DNA from: Sphaeroforma arctica JP610
Lineage: Eukaryota
NCBI RefSeq assembly: GCF_001186125.1
Contig: NW_014040490.1
Coordinates: forward strand, 68,362-129,166
DNA: 60,805 nucleotides
Reading direction: 5' to 3'
Position 1 is the first letter of the stretch; every line of letters starts with the position of its first letter. The notes beneath the pieces were generated by a model. The model searched no databases and was not told the DNA's origin. It saw only the letters and a program-made list of their open reading frames with translations. Of this stretch, positions 42,499 to 56,124 are shown in pieces. The position numbers and the translations under genes are program-made.

Positions 42499-44872
42499 NN
42501 NNNNNNNNNNNNNNNNNNNNNNNNNNNNNNNNNNNNNNNNNNNNNNNNNNNNNNNNNNNNNNNNNNNNNNNNNNNNNNNNNNNNNNNNNNNNNNNNNNNN
42601 NNNNNNNNNNNNNNNNNNNNNNNNNNNNNNNNNNNNNNNNNNNNNNTATATGGATATATTGAAATATAGATATTTTGACATATCGATATGTTAATGTATT
42701 GATGTATTGATATGTAATATCTATTATGTTCATGTTCATCTTTGTATGGGATCTTACTGTTTCAACTAGCTCTGGGGTGATTAAGTTGAAAACCATTTTC
42801 AATGGTATATACCTTCTGCATTTACTTGTAGCGTACTGGTTATTAGTTTCTATCTACTATATAGACTTGTGAGTGGCATTGGTGTAGATATGTTTCTCGT
42901 ATCAAAGCATGGCACAAGCTGGAATATCTGACATTTGTATTTCGTTGACATCGGTTATAACACAGTGCTGCCATTTGAATCCTCGCTTTCGACTGAGTTT
43001 GTGAGTCTGGCGAGAGAATTAGCACCTCCCGGCGTGCTGACAAGCACTTCATCGTATCCCTTCAACTTCACACACGTTGAGAAGCAATATGAGACTTACC
43101 ATGGAACCAACGTCAGGCTGAGGTATGCTCATTCTGCTGTGTGCTATTTTGTTTGCTTCCGTTCGTTTGGAAGCATTTGGAGCAGTTTTCGAAAATTCAC
43201 CCCAATGGCATGAATCTATTATATGCCGGTTCGACTTATACAGGTATTACCTGAGGGTAACGATTGGAAAGAGATTTGGAGATTTCAGAAAGGAACAGGA
43301 GTTATTCGTGTATGGTGTATCGGAGGAGGAAGATACTGCTACACCGTATGTACTCTATCTGGCACTGATTTGCTTACAATGTGGTCATACGCCTTTTATA
43401 CAGGGCCTAATCTTATGTCAGCGACACTGAATATCATGTCGAGTGTATCTGAGATGAACGGTCTGTGCTGAAGGAACAATTATGTATTTGCTTTCGATCA
43501 TTCCCTTTGCAGGCGGCTCAAGATGGAACTAGGAATTGAGGATGCGCTTCACATTGAGTTCGAGTATTCAAAGGCAAAGTGAGTATTTATCCCCAATATA
43601 TGTATAAATAGGGTTGTTCGAGACATGAATATATTTGTTGCAATCGGGATATGTGATTCATCTATTTCAAAATCGAGAGAGTTTCGAAACCTGCAAGAAA
43701 AATGAAGTTTCTTTGTGAGCTGAGCGTTTCTATCCTCCCATGAGAATCAAGTGCGGATTTAAATGCCAAGTTTTCTAAACGGATGCGGCAGATTCAATAT
43801 GCTGATCTCGTTTTTCATCATGCAATACTTGAATAATTCTCACTGATCCATTTTCTTTTTTTGAGTGTGCCACATCTCGCCTTTGATATACACACTTTAA
43901 CGCTACATTAGCTCTTGCACAAATCTATGTTTTGGCGCTAGGAGTAGGGAAATATGTTCACAAAACTATGTACGAATATGTACGTTATTGTTCATCAGGA
44001 ATCTCAATTAGCTGCTAAAATTATTGTTACACCATTGCTGACCTGCTCCTTTATACAATTGTACTGCTGGACCGCGCATCTCACTATCCTTACATTGGAT
44101 ATGTTGTTCGTACTGCATTTGTATTCATATTGCTTCCAGCAATGTTCATATCTCATTTTTTCAACCTATTTCACGTAACAGATACCATCTCAACGACGTT
44201 ATCATCGGGAAACTGTTCTTTTTAGTTGTGCGTTTAAAATTAAAGTTCTCAGAGCTCGCCATCGTAAGGAGAGAGACTGTTGGGTACGTTACCATAACAG
44301 AGGCCGTCGTCGTTCATTGCGAGTTTTGCTGTGCATTTGATTTCCGAAAGATTCCATACGTTTTTCTTACAATCTGTTGTATTCCGAATACACCTTTGTA
44401 CGCAGCTCGGGGAGCCAAACATATACACATAGCGACACGATAACCAAATTTGAGATCATGGATGGCATCTCAGCGAATGGTAAGCCAGTCTTTCCGTTTG
44501 CTTCTATGTTTAGGTATTTGGCATCGGTTTGAAGGTTTACCCGAGACTAGAGGCTATAGACGAGGCGTATTTCAACGATCAGTGACGAGTTATATTGTGT
44601 GAAGGCTAAGCGATCAAAAATGTCTTTATTACTAAATCAATTGCCTGATATATTCTTTTCATTCTTTATCTACAGGCGAGACCATCCCTATTCGTCTCTT
44701 TTTATCCGGCGTAGACAATATTCAGCCGACCATGTGGGATGTATGTAAACGGTTCTCCGTCCGATACTTCCTTAATATGGTATTAGTTGACGAAGACGAT
44801 CGGAGATACTTCAAACAACAGGAAATCACGCTCGTACGGCAACCAGTGCCAGTTCTCAGCAATGCTAAATAA
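41557..44872 (+). CDS. VPS26: Retromer subunit VPS26; the first coding exon is probably just ATG (41557-41559)
   Basis: M|SKVL...VYTDGEPVKGTVTV...HYGIRVEFVGE...EFVSLARELAPPG...VEKQYETYHGTNVRLR|YYLRVTI...KMELGIEDALHIEFEYSKAK|YHLNDVIIGKLFFLVVRLKLK...KFEIMDG..GETIPIRLFL...FSVRYFLNMVLVDEDDRRYFKQQEITLVR. Confidence 0.96.
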
Positions 44873-45360
44873 CAGACTATGCGTAGACAAGTGTCGTCAC
44901 ACCGAGTGATTTGGGTAGGGAGGTAAAGCCCAACAGATGAAGTAAGACTACCTTGTTAGCCGCGACCAGCAACCGGCATGCTACTCGTGTTATTCTTTCG
45001 TCCAATTAGAAGAGGCATGGAGCTCTGCTGTCCATGTGAGGCGGCAAATCTCTTCAACCACTCCGCACCTTTTTTTCGTAGAGATAAGGTTCCTCACCTT
45101 CGACCATCCTAGCGGCTGGCCGTGCGGTTCCATTCAAATTCCTGTGAGCTAGCCCAACACGTAGATTGTACCTATTTCGTGAGTGCTTCAACTCCATCGG
45201 AACTTTTCACCGGGAAGTGCGCTGGTTGCAGAAACTTCGAGAGGAATGTAGGCATATTGGGGCTGGCTGGGACCGCAGCAGTCAGTACCAGATCGTGCGC
45301 GCTTGCATTGTGTGCGGGTTTAGCTGATGGAGCAACCACGGGGGACTGCATGCTGTTCTG

Positions 45361-48300
45361 CTACCGATGCACAGCTTGAGGGGCCGGGATGTCCAATTCA
45401 ACGCAGATCTTATTCCTGCATCTCCGCGCTCGTTGCAAATCGGTCAGTGTTCTGTGAAAGCATGTCAAGTGTTTGGAAACAGAGATTAGAGGTTACAAAT
45501 TAGCGAATCGTAGAAAGGATCGCCAGATGACTTGGTAAGGACAACCGGCTGCTTGCAGCAAAAAAAAAAACACACATATATTCAGAGGGAGTGTAGATGC
45601 ACCTAGTGACTCGCAACTTATTTTCGGCACTATCAGCAAGCAGTGGGGACGTACCGCAGCTCGTCTAGCAAGCACAACGCCTCATCGACGGGCATGTCCA
45701 AGTCGTCCTCGTATGTTAGCAGTGCTAAATTTAGTTGATCCACCGCCATGACTCTGACCTGCAAAACGAACAGGATTAGGCCTTTCTGGTTAATGGTGGT
45801 ACACTTAAAAGTCCGATGAAGTTGAGCACGCCAGTCTGTAGCGCTTGATCATTAAAGCACGACTCAGGTTCAGGTTCAAGTTCAATCGAATAAATATACA
45901 TGATCAAACCGATGCCCCAGCAGAACCGACAGGAGCTTCAGAACCTGTTTCTGAATTGATTTGACTGGTATTAATTGACACAGGGCGTTCGATACAGCCG
46001 TAAGCTTCTTCACGTTGGTTGTTTTCATGTGATGCTTTAAGGAATTGAGGACTGTGTCAAATGTTTGCTGTTCCCTTCCTATTGCCGCCGCAGTTAGGAT
46101 CGGTACAGCCGTGCTCAGTAGACATGAAAGCGTTTCTAGGCCCGGCCTAGTCAATCTACTGGAATCTGTGCCACCTGGGCTGAAACTAGAACACACCGCT
46201 TCTACTATGTCGCAGAGTTCGTTGGCTGCAAATGTATATGGGTAGTGAATTAAAATGTGCATGTTCCGGCATGAGCGCTTGCTAAGATTAAATTATCTGA
46301 CTTGTGAGGGCCGCCTCGCACTTCTTGTCGTACTAGCAGGGATTAGATATATATAAGGGTGTTTTGCGGAGTCTTTTTTCACGTATGGGTACTGTCGATG
46401 TATATTACACATACGTGACACGAACTTGATTGTGGGGTGTGAATACGAAATGAATCAAAGCGACGCCTAACGAGACGACGCTAACGACTAACACTCATGC
46501 TGCACCTTGAAGTCAGATCTACAAATACCAATATGCCGAGAAACATACTTTGGCTCTAATGAGCGTACAAAACATACCAGTAGAGGTCAGACAATAGGAG
46601 TCCAGAGCGTCCTGAGCGACACATACAGTCGATTCGTTCCCGGCCCCTATACATAGCACCAGCGCTCGAATTGCGTAGGGTCGATAGTCCGGGATGGTCA
46701 GCGTGTGTAACAGGGCTGGCAGAGTTTCCTGTAAGGATCCCCAATTGAATTCTGTCGGCCGAGATAATTAGATTAGATGACGATATGTACAGATAGAAAC
46801 AAACTGCCGATGCACTTTCAAAACATGCTACGGAAGTCACATTTCAATATGGCGCATAGCCCGGAATATGTGTTTACCTTTCTTGACGCCGTCTGAGCCC
46901 AGGATCTCGCGTAATGAGCTGAGGTGCGGAATGCAATCCAACGTAGGCTCATCACACCAAACAATCTGTGAAAGAACTTGTCCGGCCTTCTCTCGCAGCC
47001 GATCAATGCGACTCATCGCCTGTTCTAGCAACAGCCCAATAATATTGCCACAATGTTCCGCACTAAGAACCTGTGTCTTTGGCGACGCAATCTCTGCCTC
47101 CTCAGAGCCGGCGGATGTTTGAGTTTTGCAGACTGCCAAATCCGCAGACGCCATCAGTGGGATAACAGTACACGCAAGCGAAATTCCCGCGGACCTCACA
47201 TCGCTTCCGACGTCACCACGGTGGTCTATGGTGGTGTCTGATAGTGCCAGACTCAAGATATCACATAACATAATAGCTATCCGTGTATCAAATCCTTTGT
47301 GGTCTGTATCCGTAGATGCAACTCCGGCTGAGTGCTCAGTGCGATCCGTTTCGAAATCGAACCCGATTTGTCGGCATATCGATTCAGTACTGTTGAGAGC
47401 GACTACACGGGTTGTTACATCGTACAGCTTTGAGCTATGTCTGTGGAGGCAGTTTATCGCCTCAGTCGATAAAGACCTCGGTTCACACTTTACTCCGTCA
47501 CATTCAGCATCCACGCATTGTTGATCTTTGAGCAGTAGTCCGCGCGGAACAGACCCCAGCAACCTTAGATATCCCCATCTATGTGTGCTACTGTCCGACA
47601 TATCTACTGCCTTGTCCCCGATGGAGAAAGTAGCCAGATGTTCTAAGTAACTGCCGATAGTTAATCGAGCCAAACAGCGATGTCTACGATTTTCGTTTGC
47701 TTGGCTGAGATACGCGTCGCGCGCTTGGTGTGACTGCGTAGAGCCGACCGTATCCGTCTTCGTGCTGTACTGATCGAATTGATTGCAGAGAGAGCCACAC
47801 CACGCGCCGAATGTCTCGGCAGCGGACATCTGTACCTTTTCGGTGGGATGCGCCGCATTAGACGAGCAGATTCGCACTATCGCCTCAGCCATGCTCACTT
47901 GCACGTCAGTCGTTGTCACGACTGTGCGGTCAGGGATAGGAATGCCGTTCGAGCATATACATACCAGCAGAGTGCAAGTGGCGACCCTGAGATTAACGTT
48001 GGACACCCTACCAGACGATACTTGTGGCATCGACAAGACTTTGACCTGGTGATAGTAGTTGTGACGCACACGAACATTAGTTATACTCAAATAAAGCCTC
48101 ATGAATAGCGCAGATGACAAAATTACATTGCACAGATAGTACAAGGAAAATTTCGCAGAAATGTACCAAATTTCCTATACGGCTCAGAAGTCCATCGACG
48201 CGATTCGGCGCGGCGGTTTCACCACATTCTTTGGTGCATTCAGCATCTACGATCGCACGTAGCGCTGGCATGGTCGATGCGAGGCCCAGGAGACACCCAT

Positions 48301-51300
48301 GCCTGTTCGTATAGTTTACAACGGATGCACGATTAGAAATGATAGCTGATGCGCGGTATAGCATTATATCCACAGACCAGGTCAAGCGGAATAATACTCG
48401 CACAACAATTTATCTTCTGTACTCCGCTTACCCACAATAGCACACTCAAGACAACTAATGCGAAGACAATCAGTGTACTGTTTTCGTTAGTGATACTCCT
48501 TGGTTACATATTCAAGAAACATATGCAGACGAGTGCAGCAATCCTTGAACCACACATAGTCAATTCGAGCACACCTTTTCCCCATGTCGTTGCTGAGTCC
48601 GCATCTGTCAATAAGAGCTGGTAGTGCATCAATCAGTAGGTATTCAAGATCATATGCTGCCAAATTCCGAACCGCGGCAGCCGACACTTCTCTTATTTTC
48701 TACGAGGTAGAATACAATAGCCCAAAGACATAAAATAGCCGAAAAAGAATACATTCTGAAACGTGAGATGGAGAGCCGGGCTGACACTACGTACCAGCAA
48801 AAGAAACGCAGTCAGTACAAATGTGTGGGTTCAGAGAATAAGGCAGGAATGACTTTGTCGGTTTCCGATCATACCTGGTCCCAATGCACGAGTTTCTCAT
48901 TAAACAGGTGACCAAGCAGCCGCAATCGATACTCCTCAAATTGAGCGATGTACGGCGCCACCACACAGAAACTGTTATGACGATTCCCGACCGCAAAATA
49001 ATCAGCATTCGTCACAATGGATATACCATTTTTGAATGTGCCTGTGGAGATATAGATAGGTGGCATATTGGTACAAGGACAGGATTGTGTACAGAAAGAA
49101 CGCACGCAGAAATCTTCGTTATCTCACCTTGACGACCCACATGCTCCTGGAAGGCAGCCGAAGCAGCTTTGCGACAATTTACTTCCCGGTCAAAACACAT
49201 AACCAATATTAAGGAATTAGACAGCTCGTGTAAGTACGGCCGCAGACAGTCTGCGCTATATGCTCGCGCTAATGCCCAAGCAAGATAACATGCAGCATCT
49301 CTAACGGCTGCACCAACAGGCTTTGTCCCAATGACGCGATCGTACGCCAAACATCTACAGAGAACATCGATAAGCTGACTCATATGGTTTTCATCCATAA
49401 CTCCTCTCATGGCAAGCTCCGCTAGTGTTAAGCAACCTGAGAGTGCAATAATAGGGTATATCAGCGAAGAAGGTATTCTAACATATACACATAGACGGAT
49501 ATCATGTTTAAGCTACACTTCGATGACGACAAATTCGAGCCGCACAGTACCTCCTTGCCAAAGCGTGTCTGACAGCGATTCAGAAAACGTGTCTAAAACC
49601 CCCCCACAGACATCGTGGACCATTTCTAAGGTGGGAAGGCGCTCAGCCAGACGAGCGATAGCTTTCGCGGCCGCATATCGCACGCCTGTACTGGGGTGAT
49701 TGAGTTCCTCAAATGTTGTGGAGATGAAGTCTTCGACTCGTTCAGGAACTTGGTCCTCCCCTTGTTCGGATACTTGTTCTGATGCGCCCTCAGAAATTGG
49801 TAGCCTATTGCCGTTTTCAAACTTCCCACTACGCACTCGTGGCTTCAGATGCGCCAGATGTGCCCGGCATTCCATTTTGATTAGCAGTTTGTGCACCAGA
49901 TGCTGTCTCATTAACTCGGGGCAACTCCTGCAGAGGTCGGTAACAGCGAATACAGTCGGCGTGAAATGCTGCACAGCCTCCTCCCGAGTACCCAGTCGCA
50001 AAATCACTGCCAGCATACGGAGTATGGAGATGGCTTGATGAGCACTGTTAGCTTGGGTCGGACCGTTCACGATACCTCGAATAGACGACTCCACCCATAC
50101 CATCTGTGTAAAACACAAGTGATAATTCAATGTGCACACTTGGCAAAATACAAAGAGAGTACTGTACGAACTATGAAAGCAATATTGTAGTTGATAGCAT
50201 AGGGGTAAACATCAGCCGTCACCATTAAGGTAGTGACGATGGAAAACAAAAATCACTCACCATATCAGATTTTTCTTTAGGGAGCGCTCCAGCTCTCGTG
50301 AGAAACGCAGAGATCATTATGCCAGCGGCTTCGCTTCCCTTGTGAGTAGTGAGCAAGCATTCCTGACCCAGCGACATAGCGATAGACAATAGAGTTTGCT
50401 CCTCCGTGCCATCTGTGACCAAAAGCAGTCAGTTTTACAAAAACAGTGTCAATTCTGGTAAAGCTACCAAAATTAAAATTCGGTCGAGATTCGCAATGTT
50501 CGAGCGATGGACAAAGGCGTTCTCTATTGAAGTGATAAGGTGCGAAAGATGCAAAATCCAGTTTATCTTATTGAACGTGGCGGGCACCTGATACACAAGA
50601 ATACAGACACGATGTTGTGAGTACTCAATGCCTACGTGTGAAGTGAAGGGTGCTGCCGGATCAAAACCTCACGCAGATGCGAATCGTGTACTCCAATCTA
50701 AAATCTTCATGCCGAATTTACTAGTATCTTTGAAAGGCATACGTAAACAATGTATGGACTCACATACACACGCGCACGCACCCACACAAAGGCAAATGAA
50801 AACACACACACACACGCGCTATATATATANNNNNNNNNNNNNNNNNNNNNNNNNNNNNNNNNNNNNNNNNNNNNNNNNNNNNNNNNNNNNNNNNNNNNNN
50901 NNNNNNNNNNNNNNNNNNNNNNNNNNNNNNNNNNNNNNNNNNNNNNNNNNNNNNNNNNNNNNNNNNNNNNNNNNNNNNNNNNNNNNNNNNNNNNNNNNNN
51001 NNNNNNNNNNNNNNNNNNNNNNNNNNNNNNNNNNNNNNNNNNNNNNNNNNNNNNNNNNNNNNNNNNNNNNNNNNNNNNNNNNNNNNNNNNNNNNNNNNNN
51101 NNNNNNNNNNNNNNNNNNNNNNNNNNNNNNNNNNNNNNNNNNNNNNNNNNNNNNNNNNNNNNNNNNNNNNNNNNNNNNNNNNNNNNNNNNNNNNNNNNNN
51201 NNNNNNNNNNNNNNNNNNGATCGAAAGGGATTAAAGCTATCAGAGATAGCCACAAGAGTAGTACATAGCATGACTCCCAATCCTTCCCCGACTTCACGTC

Positions 51301-52286
51301 ACAAACGCGCAGGAGTCGTATGGCAATTTGCAAGTCTGCGACATCGTGTGTGAAGAAATTGACTACCACCTTATAGCCCCGAACCTGAGTGTAGCAAATA
51401 TAGGAGAAAGTAATACCTTCAGCAAATGTTAAATATGTATAAAATACAACCCCACGCCTGGCGCTATTTTATCAACCTGCCCTTCTTGTTGTACAGCGTT
51501 GTTCAATTCACTCCAGATGAAATTATACCAACTTGATGTTGAGACTGAAGTATAATAAGATTGAAATGACAGGAACAAGGGTACGAGAAATATTACCTTG
51601 ACATAGATCACGAGAACAAAAAGAAGAGGTCAATCTGCGAGTAAATTATATGGCAGGCAGAAAACGGCAGGTTTTTTCATCGAGTTTTGAGTGTCGAGTC
51701 AACTTACCTTAATCAGCACATTGAGGCACTGAAATATATAATTGAGAAATACTCTGGTTACGATTCCAGTATTTTGTCCTGTGAGTTTCCCTGGGATATT
51801 TCCTGCATTCAAGCTGAACGATCTTTGCTCCTTATTGTCACTATTATCATTTATGTGAGCGATGTCCTTATTGTGTAAAGGCTCACTACATTTTGCAGTG
51901 TGAAGCCAACTGCCACATCGTAGCACTATCTGCAGGAGTGAGGTGGCGATACTTTCCAACCGACCGTCGAGCATATGACTGCTCTCTAAGTAACCATCGA
52001 TAATTGTCATGAACCTTCGTGTCTTCATTTTAGCTTCATTTAAGAGCACTTGCGAGTTTAACTTTTCATCCCTTCCTTCTGTCTGGATACCCTTTTTCAA
52101 AAGTGGGGATTCTTCTCCGTCTACGTCTGAATCAACCACACTCAATAAATGCTGTATGGCCGCCAGACTTTCAATTATGTCTTGTGCCTCAATGGCCTCA
52201 GTGAAATTATGCCTATGTGCACTATCATCGTCAGTCCCTGACAACATATTGTCAGTGCGGCCTGATTCTTCTATCATTGTATCCAT
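45361..52286 (-). CDS. TBCD: Tubulin-specific chaperone D (HEAT/ARM repeats); one exon end lies in the N gap at 50830-51218; start codon tentative
   Basis: Conserved TBCD blocks: IIDGYLESSHMLDGRLE; VRGYKVVVNFFTHDVADL; WESCYVLLLWLSLIALIPFD; VRYAAAKAIARL; GAAVRDAACYLAWALARAY; CFDREVNCRKAASAAFQEHVGRQG; DHRGDVGSDVR; EQAMSRIDRLREKA; C-terminal RNKICVELDIPAP. Confidence 0.96.
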
Positions 52287-53037
52287 TGGTATTGAGCGAG
52301 CGTCAAACGGTACACCTTCTGTATTCAAATGTTCGCACCCGGTCTGTATGCCTCGTTTTAGAGTGTAAGAAGTATTGATATATTCACAATAAACTAAATA
52401 TATAAATACATAAATGAATGAAGCTTCTAATAAGTTCTGATATTTACAGGTTATTCTAAGCTTATTGGGTTCCTATAGTCTACCGCCAAAATGTAATATC
52501 AGCTGGTGTCAATTGACAGATTGGCATATGGCACCTCAAATACATTTATCTTGAAAACTATTGATTATTAGAATAATAGGCTGATTTGTATCAAATAAAA
52601 AGGTTTATAACGAAGTACGATCTAAATTTTAATCAATTATATGATGAATTTGAGATATAGTTCCATTATTATTAAGTAAATTCCTATTTATATCGTATCG
52701 TAGGTATATTTACAATGTTTAGTCAATCAATAAATGATTATATATTCTTTACTATGATTCAATTGGGTAATGTATATATTTGTTAATACCCTCGAAATTA
52801 ATTAGTCTTTAGATCTTATACCAATTATATGCATTAATTAAACATTTTGCGCGCTAAAAATATTTCCCTTTTCATGACAGCCGCTGAGCCGCAGCCTGAG
52901 CCTAAAGGGCGGCAGTTCCCGCAAGAATTGTCTCCACGCGCAGGACACTGAATAAATATGAATATAATACTCTCAGCATAGTGTACCTTGTAATTGCATA
53001 CGTTGAGCTGAGCACAGCTCCGGGTTGAACCGTTTCC

Positions 53038-54608
53038 ATGACAGGAATTGCACAGTCACGCCTTGCCGAGGAGAGGAAGGCTTGGCGCAAGGACCATCCC
53101 TTTGTAAGTTACAGACACCTATTCTCGCGCTACGAGTTCTTGCGAAAAATCCAAGTTGTGTTCGTTTGCACGCTTGCGAATAAGCACACCATAAGCTTGT
53201 GAATAGGCACACTTTAACAGTTCAATTTGTCAGATGGTTGTGTGAATTTTAACAAGAGCGAAGGACTGTGTTAGAATTTAATGCTGTTTGCGTGAGAATT
53301 TTTATTGCACTCTGACTTTATTAGATGCTTATTTATACCCTAGATTATCTATCAATGTATAGCTTAGTCTTTTTACCCAACGACTTCTATCCGTGACTAT
53401 ACTTTGATGTTAGTATCCAAAAGAAAGTGGCCGCAAAATCAGATTTCCAACTCTCGATAACGTGAATTTAAATTCAGTGTGCTGTAAGAGTATATCAGTG
53501 AATGCGATTTGTACCTTAGCAGATTCTACGATCTCATATAATTTGTCTTCATTTTTTCGGAACTCCACCTCGTACATCTATGTTGTTGATGCTTTAAACC
53601 TTCAATACAGCAGTAGAGGAGTTCTGTACGAGGTAGTCGTACAAACTTCTAAATATGATATTAAAAAAGTGTATAAATCCTGTGGGATACAGGTTTGATT
53701 GCTTCCGACTACGCAGCAGGTCGGTCGCTACCGACTACACAGCAGGTCGCATTTGAGTGCTTAAGGGAACGTTGTGTCTCCCTTGGTTTAGCTATTGCTT
53801 TATCACCTTGTGAGCCGGTGAAAGAAATTCAATCTATGTCAGAATAATAGCAAATATAGTTTCACAATGGGAGGTTCATTTTTTACGCTTATTGCGACAG
53901 TTACAATATTTAAAACAATCGCTAGGCGTGTAAAATTGTTTCCGTGCGTCAAAAATCTGGCTTGGGCTTCTGAAGTTGGGTTTAGGCCTATCGATTACCA
54001 ATGTAATGGACGACATAGCAAACTGCTTTGAAACTGCGTTTTTTTATTACTATCAATATCTCACTCCCATCCTCATACTACAATGGTTCACCAGGGCTTC
54101 TTCGCCAAGACCAAAAAACACCCCGATGGTACATTAGACCTACTCAAGTGGGAATGCGGGATTCCGGGAAAAAAAGGGGTATGTCACGTTTAAAGCAATA
54201 CCAACTTGGTTTGGGTTTGCTGAGAATCCGTCAAGTTGCAGCTCACGACAGTGAAAGCTTACGCGCTCATTTCAGTGCGTTCCTTCTTCGTGTCAATATT
54301 GCATTGTTTTACAATTATATTCTGGTGCTATTATATGAAACGAACTAATTATGATTCATACTTTTCCGCCATCGATATTCAGACCATTTGGGAAGGAGGA
54401 TTATACAAACTTAATGTTATATTCACCGAAGACTACCCATCAGCACCACCAAAATGTATGCAGCGTGCAGCGTATACATGCGGATACCTTGAATGTGCAC
54501 TTAAAGTGTCCATTTTTTACAGAAGTGCATATATAGCTATATCACGCCCAACACACACACACATATATATATATATATTTGTATATTTGTATATTTATAA
54601 ATTTATAT

Positions 54609-54681
<73 letters not shown>

Positions 54682-55854
54682 GTGTGTGTGTATATGTGTA
54701 CATCTTTAATTCGTATTTATTGTTATATTTATATGTATATATCTATGATGTATATATTTTTCTGTATATATATATATATGTGTGTGTATATACGTATATG
54801 TTTATATTGAGTCCTGAAGTTTATATGTATGTATATATCTTTGATGTATACATTTTTCTGTCTATCTATATATAAATATATATATATATATGTGTGTGTG
54901 TATATACGTATATGTTTATATTGAGTCCTGAAGTTTATATGTATGTACATATTTATGTTATACAAAAAGATTGATTTGTATATATATACTTGTATATGTT
55001 TATATTGAAAATCCTACAGTACATAAGTATTGCATCTATTTTCGCAAAAAAAAAAACTACATACACGCACACATGTACATATATATATATATATATATAT
55101 ATTTATATGTATATATGTATATATATATGTATACATATATATATATATATATATATATAAGTATACATATATATATTAATATATATATATATACATATAA
55201 ATATATATATATATATATATATATGTAAATATGTATATATACATGCATGTTGTTTTTAAAAATGGTGCAGCACCTGTGTTAAACATGGCGTACGACTAAC
55301 ACACATGTATCTGCCGATCTCGTCAGGCCAATTCGACCCTCCGATTTTCCATCCCAATGTCTACCCGTCTGGCACAGTGTGTCTGAGCATTCTTGATGCG
55401 GAAAAAGACTGGCGACCTGCTATTAATCTCAAGCAGGTGAGTGGTGCCTCATTTGATGATAGCCGATTTTAAAAGTTTGGTCGTTTCTCTGCGTATTGGT
55501 GAATCCGCTGTCTCTTATACCGTCTTTTCCTTTCCACCAGATCCTAAATGGTATCCAGAATCTTCTCAATGAGCCGAATATCAGCGATCCCGCACAAGCC
55601 GACGCATATAATTGCTTTCTGTAAGTTGCCGTTCCTGATGATATCCCCGATTAGTATTTCTTTAAAGTGTTTGTGATCGTAGCCAGCCCGATTTGAAATT
55701 TCTGTCTAGAACGCACATTATTTATCGTCCTCAAGCGCTTATTCCGTAGAAGGCGAATAGTTTCTCATTCTCCACAAAATGCTACCACAGGAAAGACAAG
55801 GCAGACTACGAGAAAAGGGTGAGGGCGCAGGCTTTAAAGATGGTCATGAGATAA
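53038..55854 (+). CDS. UBC9: SUMO-conjugating enzyme Ubc9 (exons 53038-53103, 54095-54178, 54383-54455, 55327-55436, 55541-55620, 55791-55854)
   Basis: [27 protein letters not shown]...[20 protein letters not shown]...[68 protein letters not shown]...YEKRVRAQA. Confidence 0.98.
54553..55245. repeat. (TA)n-rich microsatellite block in UBC9 intron 3, including a local duplication (TATACGTATATGTTTATATTGAGTCCTGAAGTTTATATGTATG at ~54789 and ~54903)
   Basis: Directly visible in the sequence. Confidence 0.92.
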
Positions 55855-56124
55855 GGGGTACATATAAAATCACGTACGCACCGGACAGAGTGTGTGTTCA
55901 ATCGCAAATATCAATAGCAATACTACTGGGAAGTAAATAAATATGCGATATGAGGCGTCCTGTATTTCTCTGTATTGCTCAGCAAACAACTGTATTTATT
56001 CTGTAGTCTAAAACGAAAGTACAATTTAGTATCAAGAATCACTAGATAATCAACAATTGCAAAGTACGAATTGGTCATTCAGGTACTGAAGCGGCCTTAC
56101 ACACAGCCGCAGGATAACATAGGC

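Noticed and set aside
53705..53750. Short direct/inverted repeat CCGACTAC(G/A)CAGCAGGTCG x2 in UBC9 intron 1; similar small duplications at ~2911-2990, ~57633-57670 and ~60016-60045
   Set aside because: These are two-copy local slippage duplications with no terminal repeats, target-site duplications or RNA boxes to support a function.
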